From Candidatus Methanomethylophilaceae archaeon (GTDB taxonomy: Archaea; Thermoplasmatota; Thermoplasmata; Methanomassiliicoccales; Methanomethylophilaceae), in NCBI GenBank assembly GCA_041654195.1, contig JBAZDV010000001.1, positions 1-24,790 of the forward strand: DNA of 24,790 nt. Direction: 5' to 3'. Under the pieces are notes generated by a model. That model searched no databases. It was not told the origin of the DNA and saw nothing but the letters and a program-made list of their open reading frames with translations. Shown one piece after another: positions 15,990 through 23,793 of the stretch. The translations under genes were made by a program, and so were the position numbers. Numbering within the stretch: position 1 is the stretch's first letter; each line of letters starts with the position of its first letter.

Positions 15990-17227
15990 TATGTGCCTTC
16001 CTCCCATCCCGAGATGTATTTCTTCTGTTCGTTGGAAAGTGTATCTATCGTAACTCCCATGGCTTTCAGTTTATGCTCCGCGATGACGGTATCTATCTCT
16101 GAGGGTACAGGATAGACTTTGTTTTCCATTTTTTTGTGATTTTTCACAAGATACTCGATTGTCAAGGCCTGAACGGCAAAACTCATGTCCATGATCTCTG
16201 CTGGATGTCCTTGGCCTGCGGCCAGGTTCATCAGGCGTCCTTCGGCAATGAGATATATGCATCTTCCATCCTTCAGCTTATATTCATCAACAAAATCCCT
16301 TACACGCGCGACCGATATCGATGCATCGTTGAGGGCATCTTTGTTGATCTCGTTGTCAAAATGACCGACGTTACACAACATGCAGCCGTCACGCATCTGT
16401 CTAAGGTGTTCGTCTTTTATGATGTCTTTACACCCTGTTACGGTCATGACGATGTCCGAAACCTTTACGGCATCGATCATTTTCATGACCTCGAATCCAT
16501 CCATCTTGGCTTCTATCGCTCTGATAGGGTCTATTTCGGTAACGATGACACTTGCTCCGAGACCTTTGGCCCTCATTGCAATACCCTTTCCGCACCAGCC
16601 GTATCCCGCTACTGTGAGTCTTTTCCCTGAGATCATGAGATTGGTAGCATTCATCCAGCCGTCAAATGCGGATTGTCCGGTCCCATATCTGTTATCGAAC
16701 AGGAATTTCATTTTTGCATCATTCACGGCCATTACAGGAAATTCCAACTTGCCGTCTGCAGACATCGATCTGAGACGAATGACCCCTGTGGTCGTTTCTT
16801 CGTTGGCCCCCTTGATATCCTTAATTAGCTCTCTTCGAGTTGTATGTAACATCGCGATAAGATCCGCGCCGTCATCAATGATATAGTCGGGTCTCATGTC
16901 AAGAACGCTGTTAAGATGTGAATAGTATTCTTCCTGGCTCTCACCCTTTTTAGCATATACTTCCAGACCGTAATGTTTTTTCAAGGCCAATGCGACCGAA
17001 TCGTCGGTCGACAAAGGATTGCAGCTGGCTAAACGTATGTGGGCCCCAGCGTCTGCCAGGGTCAGGGCGAGAATCCCGGTCTTTGCTTCTGTATGGAGCG
17101 CCATTCCTATCTTGAGGCCCTCAAGTGGTTTTTCTTTTTTGAAACGTTCTCTAATTGTTTTCAAGACGGGCATATGAGATTCTGCCCAGTGAAGTCTGAG
17201 AATGCCTTTTTCCAATAATTCATCCAT
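15989..17227 (-). CDS. ahcY: Adenosylhomocysteinase (SAH/SIH hydrolase)
   Basis: SCNPLST, DDGADL, EETTTGV, KFLFDNRYGTGQS, GYGWCGKG, GHFDNEI and GHPAEIMDMSF motifs. Confidence 0.96.
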   Translation of the reverse strand: MDELLEKGILRLHWAESHMPVLKTIRERFKKEKPLEGLKIGMALHTEAKTGILALTLADAGAHIRLASCNPLSTDDSVALALKKHYGLEVYAKKGESQEEYYSHLNSVLDMRPDYIIDDGADLIAMLHTTRRELIKDIKGANEETTTGVIRLRSMSADGKLEFPVMAVNDAKMKFLFDNRYGTGQSAFDGWMNATNLMISGKRLTVAGYGWCGKGIAMRAKGLGASVIVTEIDPIRAIEAKMDGFEVMKMIDAVKVSDIVMTVTGCKDIIKDEHLRQMRDGCMLCNVGHFDNEINKDALNDASISVARVRDFVDEYKLKDGRCIYLIAEGRLMNLAAGQGHPAEIMDMSFAVQALTIEYLVKNHKKMENKVYPVPSEIDTVIAEHKLKAMGVTIDTLSNEQKKYISGWEEGT

Positions 17228-17236
17228 ATTACGGCC

Positions 17237-17977
17237 TCATTGTGACTTTAAGAATCTGCATATGGCAGATATCAGATCCTTACGGTTAATATCGTTTTGA
17301 TATGAAGATATCGTTTTTTCGATAAGATCGTCCTTTCCCCTCATTTCCTTGATGAAGGATATTATATTTTCCAATGCACGGCTCATTTCATCAGAAATAG
17401 AGACCGTGGCGGTCTTTGACGTCCTAGATAACGGATTGAGATCTATCGAGATCACGACCTTACCCATTTTCACCAAGGCCTCTGCCCGATCACCGTCCTC
17501 TATCGGTACAACGATCACATCGCAATCGAAAATGCCCTCTTTTGTGCACAAAGCACGATCAGACGTCAATCCAGGGATTCTTGCATCTGGTTCTCTTCCA
17601 AGAACATTCTTTGCGCCCTGAGACTCCATGTACGAGATCAACAGTTCCATTCTGTTTTCCGTGCGATGAAAGATATTCACCTCTATCTTTGACGGTATCT
17701 CTTCGGCCAGTGCGATCAAGCCTTTTGCATCCAGTGCAGCAGCGTTGCCATTGACGCATACGACAGGTCTTTCTGCCTTTAGGAGAAACGCGGCTGCAGC
17801 TTTTTCAGCTTTCAGGGACGGTTTCAATGTCTTCTCGCCCATGAGATAATCGAAAGCCTCCCCTCTTCCGTGAGATATCAGCCCAGTCGGATTGACTAAG
17901 CCCTCTTCTACCATCTCTGTCAAATGTTCTCTGATGATCAGGGATCTGTATCTCGGGTGATCTTTCGGAATGTTCAC
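17237..17977 (-). CDS. pps: Phosphopantothenate synthetase (4-phosphopantoate--beta-alanine ligase)
   Basis: IPKDHPRYRSL, GLISHGRGEAFDYL, VNGNAAAL, IEDGDRAEAL and IDLNPLSRT motifs. GTG start. Confidence 0.93.
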   Translation of the reverse strand: MNIPKDHPRYRSLIIREHLTEMVEEGLVNPTGLISHGRGEAFDYLMGEKTLKPSLKAEKAAAAFLLKAERPVVCVNGNAAALDAKGLIALAEEIPSKIEVNIFHRTENRMELLISYMESQGAKNVLGREPDARIPGLTSDRALCTKEGIFDCDVIVVPIEDGDRAEALVKMGKVVISIDLNPLSRTSKTATVSISDEMSRALENIISFIKEMRGKDDLIEKTISSYQNDINRKDLISAICRFLKSQ

Positions 17978-18046
17978 GTTCTTGATATCGAGGGGGAATA
18001 CTTTAGGTTATTGTTAAGTAAGTGCTACGTCTTCCGCGATGATAGT

Positions 18047-18751
18047 ATGCCTGATATCCGTATTGTAATAGTAGGCCCGAAGTTCGAGGGAAATGTCGGT
18101 GCTATTGCAAGGTCAATGGCCAATTTCGATATCAGTGAGTTGTATCTAGTACATCCAGCATGTGAGATAGGCGATGAAGCCTGGCGCAGAGCGAAACACG
18201 GCGACCGTGTCCTTGAGAACACCAAAATTGTAGAGACTCTCGAGGAAGCCGTAGAAGGTTGCTTTTTGATAGTAGGGACGAGCGCCATCATAACCAAAAA
18301 CGATAAGAATTACGTCAGAGTGCCGATTCCTGTACATACGTTTGCGGAACGTGCACACGATTATCCGGAAAAGATGGCCATTTTGTTTGGTCGTGAGGAC
18401 ATCGGTCTGTTACAAGAGGAACTGGCCAAATGTGATGTATTGATATCCATTCCTGCTAGCGAGACATATCCCGTCATGAATCTATCACACGCTGCTACAG
18501 TTGTGATGTATGAGATGTTCGGTATCGGGATGGAAAGACCAGAACCCGCCGACTCTCATGAAAAAGAACAGATTTTTGAATTTTTCGATAATCTACTGGA
18601 CGCCATCGATTATCCTGAACACAGGAGAGAAAACACATCTGTGATGTTCAGAAGGATGATGGGGCGTGCAGTACCCACGAAATGGGAGTATAATACGATA
18701 ATGGGTGTTTTTGGTGACGCTGTAAAGGCGATAGATCGTAAGAAGGATTAG
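18047..18751 (+). CDS. trmJ: SPOUT RNA 2'-O-methyltransferase, TrmJ/TrmH family (tRNA position 32)
   Basis: IVIVGPKFEGNVGAIARSMANF, LFGREDIGL and YPVMNLSHAA motifs. Start moved to ATG 18047, because the 17924 start overlaps pps. Confidence 0.9.
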   Translation: MPDIRIVIVGPKFEGNVGAIARSMANFDISELYLVHPACEIGDEAWRRAKHGDRVLENTKIVETLEEAVEGCFLIVGTSAIITKNDKNYVRVPIPVHTFAERAHDYPEKMAILFGREDIGLLQEELAKCDVLISIPASETYPVMNLSHAATVVMYEMFGIGMERPEPADSHEKEQIFEFFDNLLDAIDYPEHRRENTSVMFRRMMGRAVPTKWEYNTIMGVFGDAVKAIDRKKD

Positions 18752-19044
18752 TCCTTGGATTTCATTCTTGCTCTCGTATATTCCCTGACAGCGTTGCGTA
18801 TTGCATCGTCCAGAGATACTGAGTCGCCGTTCTTGACCAGGGATTCCAATTCCACAACATTGCCTTTTGGAATGTCGATCGTTATCTTGGCAATGTTCTC
18901 AGGCGTGAACTTGCTGTTGATGAAGCCATCGATGGCCTCTCTCACAACATCGGAAAGATTCTCATAGTCGCCATCACTGACAAGATGCTCTAGTATAGCT
19001 ACCTTGTCAGAAGGTATCCTGACTGTGATCCTCTCTGTGCTTAC
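18748..19044 (-). CDS. Tandem ribbon-helix-helix (CopG/MetJ/Arc-type) DNA-binding protein, ~98 aa, no canonical start codon
   Basis: The open frame extends past the ORF-track start: (x)STERITVRIPSDKVAILEHLVSDGDYENLSDVVREAIDGFIN...KITIDIPKGNVVELESLVKNGDSVSLDDAIRNAVREY. These are two RHH-like repeats. GGGGTGA SD at 19052-19058. Confidence 0.8.
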   Translation of the reverse strand, partial: VSTERITVRIPSDKVAILEHLVSDGDYENLSDVVREAIDGFINSKFTPENIAKITIDIPKGNVVELESLVKNGDSVSLDDAIRNAVREYTRARMKSKD

Positions 19045-19298
19045 CGTTCTTTCACCCCAATATGTCAGACAATCGTTTACCTTTATATCTAATCTGCGAT
19101 ATTTAAAGCCATTTTAAATTGGAAAATCAGATGGGATCAAACAAAAAGTATAATCTCAACTTCATTGGCATGTTTTATTTCTAATGTGGTCTGGCACTTT
19201 ATCATCATTAATGCGCAGTGGAATCAAGGATGAAAATATAGACGAACAATAAAAATTTGAATTGAAAAAGGTTTATTTTGTCAGGGACCAACTTTTGA

Positions 19299-19610
19299 TC
19301 ATCCGAACAAGGCGCTAAGACCTGCTGCAGCCTCTTCTTCACTGACTGCTTCTACTTCCTTCTTCTCTGCGGCTGCGGGTGCGGCTGCGGAAGAAGCTGC
19401 GGGAGCTGCGGCGGCTGCGGGTGCGGCTGCCATAACAGAGGCGCTTGCGATGGCCTCTTTGATGTTAACTCCCTCAAGGGATGCGGTCAGAGCTTTGATC
19501 TTGGCTGCGTCAGCGTTCACTCCTGCGGCTTTGAGAATTGCTGCGATAGCATCCTCAGTAATGTCTTTGCCTGCAGAGTAAAGCACCATTGCGCTGTAGA
19601 TATACTCCAT
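19299..19610 (-). CDS. rpl12: Ribosomal stalk protein P1 (aL12)
   Basis: [15 protein letters not shown], an Ala-rich hinge and an [13 protein letters not shown] tail. AGGAGG SD supports ATG 19610. Confidence 0.96.
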   Translation of the reverse strand: MEYIYSAMVLYSAGKDITEDAIAAILKAAGVNADAAKIKALTASLEGVNIKEAIASASVMAAAPAAAAAPAASSAAAPAAAEKKEVEAVSEEEAAAGLSALFG

Positions 19611-19631
19611 TGTATTCAACCTCCTATATTT

Positions 19632-20636
19632 TTAGCCGAATAATGCACTCAGGCCAGCTGCTGCTTCTTCTTCGCTGACCTGTTCTTCTTTCTCTTCGAC
19701 GTCCTTCTTATCATTAGCATGTGTCGTTGCGGGTGCAGCGACGGCGGTCACAGCAGTAGCACTTAACCTTGCGGCTATGGTGTCGTTGCTGTATCCAGCT
19801 GTAGATGCGAGAGCGAGCATTTGTCTGTCCGCTTTCGAAAGGAGCATCTCGATGTTGTCTCTGGTTGGTATCGCGGCCGATATCGAGAGGCCCAAAGCCT
19901 CCCTGAACGCCTTTGCAATGAGTGGCACGATCGTTTCCTCTGTGGGGAATGCGATAGAAACACCCAACGCGCGAGCGTTGAATACAGCCGTAGCGAACAT
20001 ATCAGAATAGTAGTTGTCCGGAATGTCAAGAACGTCCCTGTGGTAAATGAGTCCTTTTTCGTAAGCGGCCCTAAGGTCTAGTCCTACGATCATGGGCAAA
20101 ATCTCCAATTTGGGGAGCATTGCTGCAACATTGGCAGGAACGGGTTCTCCCGCTTTTACCAGTGTCGTATCCTTTTTAACTGCTATTTTTCCTGCCTCAA
20201 TTGCGGCAGGAAGGCCTAATTTTTGAAGATCTCCGATGATTGGTCCTGGTCCGAACGGAGTCGGTCCTTTTGGAACAATGATATCGAAAGGTGCGATCTC
20301 TCCTGCTTTTGCGGGCGCTGGAGCCTTTGTTGCTTCAAGCTGTTTGAACAGCATGAACGGATTGAGGTCCGTCGCAATCAAAGCGCATTGTCCGTAAATC
20401 TCAGATTTCAAGTCATTGAGTGCTGGTTTCTCTTTAGCGGCGATATCGAGTGCCAAGAGCGCTAAATTGTTCTTGGTCATTTTGAGAGTCGCGTGCTTTC
20501 TGAGTCCTGCCCTCATGGACTGGATCTGTTGACCGCCAATCCCGTGTACATCCACTACGGCTACTATGGGTTTATCGATCAATTCTTGGGCGAGTTCATT
20601 CACCAGATCTTTTTTCCAAGCTGCGACGTGTGCCAT
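19632..20636 (-). CDS. rpl10: Ribosomal protein uL10 (P0)
   Basis: MAHVAAWKKDLV, KMTKNNL, GPTPFGPGP, three C-terminal helical repeats and a GLSALFG tail. Confidence 0.96.
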   Translation of the reverse strand: MAHVAAWKKDLVNELAQELIDKPIVAVVDVHGIGGQQIQSMRAGLRKHATLKMTKNNLALLALDIAAKEKPALNDLKSEIYGQCALIATDLNPFMLFKQLEATKAPAPAKAGEIAPFDIIVPKGPTPFGPGPIIGDLQKLGLPAAIEAGKIAVKKDTTLVKAGEPVPANVAAMLPKLEILPMIVGLDLRAAYEKGLIYHRDVLDIPDNYYSDMFATAVFNARALGVSIAFPTEETIVPLIAKAFREALGLSISAAIPTRDNIEMLLSKADRQMLALASTAGYSNDTIAARLSATAVTAVAAPATTHANDKKDVEEKEEQVSEEEAAAGLSALFG

Positions 20637-20648
20637 CTTCGAACCTCC

Positions 20649-21287
20649 TCAAATCAACCTCTCAGACGGTCCCATGGTCGTCTTGACATAAGATGAAGCG
20701 ATGTTCATCCTTCCCTTTTCAAGCTTCAGTTCGACACGTTTGAGAACGGTCTCAATGTTGTCAGCGATCTGCTCGGCGGTCATGTCTACGGTTCCAACGG
20801 GCGTATGGAAGGTCATTCTGTCTTTTGTTCTAACAGAAACAGTCTTTCGGAAATTCTCAATCAATCCAGTAGGATCTACTCCTGGCGGGATTGGCTTGGG
20901 CATCTTTCCGCGAGGACCGAGAACCGTACCGAGTCTCTTACCAACAGCGGCCATTAATGGCGCTTCGGCAATGAAATAATCAGTCTGGTTTGCGATCTTT
21001 TTTGCCTGCTTCTTGTTGTCCGCGAGACTCTGGAGTTCTTCCGGAGTGATCACGGTGTCGGCAACGTCTTTGGCTTTCAAGGCAAGTTCGCCACCACCAA
21101 TCACGCAGACGTGAACTGCTCTCCCACGACCGTGTGGCAGGATGACATCATCCGTAATACGGTTTTTGGGAACACTCAGATCGACATCTTTGAGATTGAT
21201 GGCCAACTCAACCGTCTCAGTAAAATTGCGCTTCTTCGCACTGTCGAGTGCTTTCTGCACAGCCATTACGGTTGGTTTTTCTGCCAA
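20649..21287 (-). CDS. rpl1: Ribosomal protein uL1
   Basis: KKRNFTETVELAINLKD, LGTVLGPRGKMP and VKTTMGP motifs. TTG start with a GAGGAGG SD at 21295-21301. Confidence 0.97.
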   Translation of the reverse strand: MAEKPTVMAVQKALDSAKKRNFTETVELAINLKDVDLSVPKNRITDDVILPHGRGRAVHVCVIGGGELALKAKDVADTVITPEELQSLADNKKQAKKIANQTDYFIAEAPLMAAVGKRLGTVLGPRGKMPKPIPPGVDPTGLIENFRKTVSVRTKDRMTFHTPVGTVDMTAEQIADNIETVLKRVELKLEKGRMNIASSYVKTTMGPSERLI

Positions 21288-21301
21288 TATAATTCCTCCT
21301 C

Positions 21302-21332
21302 GTAGTGCATGCGAACCCGAAGGTTCTCCTAC
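21302..21332 (-). promoter_or_regulatory. Candidate uL1-binding autoregulatory leader RNA
   Basis: The minus strand reads GUAG-GAG-AACC-UUCG-GGUU-CGC-AUGCA-CUAC, two helices flanking an asymmetric GAG/CGC internal loop. It abuts the rpl1 SD. Confidence 0.75.
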
Positions 21333-21358
21333 AAGTATGGCGTCCTAACAAGGGAGTG

Positions 21359-21366
21359 ATATATAA
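21359..21366 (-). promoter_or_regulatory. TATA box of the rpl1-rpl10-rpl12 operon
   Basis: Minus-strand TTATATAT lies 26 nt upstream of the leader hairpin. Confidence 0.6.
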
Positions 21367-21381
21367 GGTTTGAGGGGGTCT

Positions 21382-22383
21382 TTAAAGGGAGTAATAACGA
21401 CCGTACACGGGAATATTACTAATGGAGATATAAGCGTCGAGATTCGTATTGGTCACATCTAATGTCAAAGTATATGACGACCATCCATCGACTGTCTCCG
21501 TCACCGTGACGAAATTATTCGTTTCGTATGATATTCCAGAGGCGATCGTCTGTGCCAGATATTTATGGGTATCGCTTATGACATCTCCGCCGAATACGCA
21601 TATCATCCCTGTGCCGTTGTAATACTTTGTGAGACTGACGCTGCTAAAACCGTTTTTGACAAAACCGATGTCGATCGAGTACGGAACATCGGTGCTGATC
21701 CCGAAAGTGGATTCGTTGTACATTATGTTCAGTGCCGATCCGATATCTCTCTCCGAATCAGGATCAGAACCGAATGCGGTGTTCGAATTTATGGCTCCGG
21801 TCATGTTGAAGAACAATATGTCGTAATTTTCAATCTCTGACAAAGGTTCTGCGGATGTTGTATCATGTGCCGAATATTTACCGATCGCATCATAGATCCA
21901 GTAAATGCTTCCCCCATCGGATAACCAGTTGAACAGTATATCGTCCTCGTCTCCAGTATATACGGTGTCTGGGAATGCGCCCGTCATCATTATGATAGCA
22001 TATCCTTCGGAATGTGTGGAATTCATCAGTGTTCCAAGCAAAAGGGCATCGCATATGGTGACCGTAAAGCCTCTTATTTCCAGCTCTTGTTCAAGGTCCG
22101 AGATTTTTTCCTCGATCTCCTCATGTGTTGTGTTAACGACAGCATAGCTCTCATCGAAATAGACATACAGATGTTCTATGCCTGAGAAATCGCCGTTATC
22201 GAACAAAGACAGGGTATATTTGTTTGGAACGGAGGAATATACATTGAATGTTATACTGTCATCGTCGATTTCAACATTCGAGTCGTAGGTATACGGGGAC
22301 ACCCAGTAAACGGAGACCTGTCCAACCATGATCACAGCTACCAGTATTATGGCGGTCAATAACGTAAGATCAATTCTCTTCAT
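21382..22383 (-). CDS. Hypothetical membrane-anchored/secreted acidic protein (333 aa)
   Basis: Start set to ATG 22383 after a GGAGG SD. MKRIDLT is followed by a hydrophobic helix and a D/E-rich ectodomain. Overlaps the upstream gene by 14 nt. Confidence 0.8.
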   Translation of the reverse strand: MKRIDLTLLTAIILVAVIMVGQVSVYWVSPYTYDSNVEIDDDSITFNVYSSVPNKYTLSLFDNGDFSGIEHLYVYFDESYAVVNTTHEEIEEKISDLEQELEIRGFTVTICDALLLGTLMNSTHSEGYAIIMMTGAFPDTVYTGDEDDILFNWLSDGGSIYWIYDAIGKYSAHDTTSAEPLSEIENYDILFFNMTGAINSNTAFGSDPDSERDIGSALNIMYNESTFGISTDVPYSIDIGFVKNGFSSVSLTKYYNGTGMICVFGGDVISDTHKYLAQTIASGISYETNNFVTVTETVDGWSSYTLTLDVTNTNLDAYISISNIPVYGRYYSL

Positions 22384-23677
22384 CGGGCCTCCGTCTGAAT
22401 AGGGAACTATGATATGCCATGTCCAGGAGGAAAATCCAGATCCCTGATGTTCCAATGATCTTGAGGGGAATTGTGTCCTCTATGGCAACCGTATTTGCCA
22501 ATTCGACAAGATGATTCAAGTTCAGCATGTTGGTGTTGACGGCAAATGTGTATAGGAAAGGGATCGGGTTACCGAATATGACCACGACATACGCGATGGA
22601 CATGAGAAGGAGGGGAAAGACGTATCTCAGGTTTCTTGCGGCGATACAATATGCGAATGCTGGAATCGCAAAGACATAGTATGATGGTGAACCGGCGGGA
22701 ACCATTAGAACGACCGTCATCGTCAGTAAGGATACCATGAAAAAACACGAGTTCAATTCATCGGCCCTGTGATTTTTGGCATAGAAATAAAGCAAGAAGC
22801 CCATCATTATCGCAAAGACGATTACCATCGGTTGCAATATCACGAATGCCGAATAATCCATCACGATTCCGGAATCGACCGTGCCGAATCTTTCGGTTAT
22901 ACCTTTGAATATGTTGTTGGTCGATCCGTAGAATATCTGCGGTATGCAGATCATGATGAAGGTTATTATCGCGGCAACTATGCTTGTCGAAAGGTTGGTG
23001 AGGCCGGTTTTCAATGAGTCACGATTTTTGATCAGGACGTAAGATACCAGCACGAACATAATGTAGACAGGGAACACTTTCGTACATACTGCCAGTGAGA
23101 AGGCCATACCGGCCAAGGCATATCTGTCCTTGGAAACGAACAGCAATGTCAAAAGCATAAAAATCACGGCAACGGATTCGAACATGGTCGATGCACACGA
23201 AACAACGAAGACCAACGGACATAGGAACCATACTGCAAAACCGACGGTGGCCTTCTTTTCATCATTTGTCGAGATCATCACGATCTTGTAGATGAGCAAT
23301 CCTGCGATGAGGTCCATCAGTGTCAAGAAGCCCTTCAAAAGAGCCAAATATGCGAATGTCGGGGTCCACATGTAGCCGTAACTGTCCGCGACGAGGATCA
23401 TCGAATCAGGATTCAGTGAAAATATCTCGATACCAAAAATATATTTTCCGACACTCATTATCGAGGAAAGCAGATATCCCCATATCGGCGGATAGTAATA
23501 ACCGGGTACTCCATAGAGCCCGAATTCTGAAGCGATGTTCGCAGACACCCTTATCCAGTGGCTTGTGTCATAGACAAGCGTGAGAAAGATACCGATCACA
23601 ATCCTGATGGCAATGCCTATTATGCAGATCTGCACGATTCTGTTGGACAGGACGGAACGGGTTCTTTCCACAAACAT
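22370..23677 (-). CDS. Multi-pass GT-C fold glycosyltransferase (GT87/PIG-M-like)
   Basis: About 10 or more TM segments. The first loop YDTSHW...GLYGVPGYYYPPIWGY, then D..A.LLIY, WFLCP and K.FP patterns. Confidence 0.75.
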   Translation of the reverse strand: MFVERTRSVLSNRIVQICIIGIAIRIVIGIFLTLVYDTSHWIRVSANIASEFGLYGVPGYYYPPIWGYLLSSIMSVGKYIFGIEIFSLNPDSMILVADSYGYMWTPTFAYLALLKGFLTLMDLIAGLLIYKIVMISTNDEKKATVGFAVWFLCPLVFVVSCASTMFESVAVIFMLLTLLFVSKDRYALAGMAFSLAVCTKVFPVYIMFVLVSYVLIKNRDSLKTGLTNLSTSIVAAIITFIMICIPQIFYGSTNNIFKGITERFGTVDSGIVMDYSAFVILQPMVIVFAIMMGFLLYFYAKNHRADELNSCFFMVSLLTMTVVLMVPAGSPSYYVFAIPAFAYCIAARNLRYVFPLLLMSIAYVVVIFGNPIPFLYTFAVNTNMLNLNHLVELANTVAIEDTIPLKIIGTSGIWIFLLDMAYHSSLFRRRPDEEN

Positions 23678-23793
23678 GATTGCTTTCCTGTATGGAGTTA
23701 CCGGAACCTACCACTTAATAACCTTTCTAAAACGCACACCATTTTCTAGGCAGGGTAACAAACGATTAAATGTTGTTACATTTTCACCGCAAT

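Noticed and set aside
16136-16886. Two ~165-aa plus-strand ORFs
   Set aside because: Both are antisense shadows of ahcY.
18977-19010. 8-bp inverted repeat CTGACAAG/CTTGTCAG inside the RHH gene
   Set aside because: It is short, within coding sequence, and plausible by chance.
19110-19298. AT-rich intergenic stretch after rpl12
   Set aside because: It has no ORF, repeat array or convincing structure. It is consistent with terminator and promoter sequence.
19346-19440. GCG/GCT-rich repeated sequence
   Set aside because: It encodes the Ala/Pro hinge of P1 and is not a separate repeat element or CRISPR.
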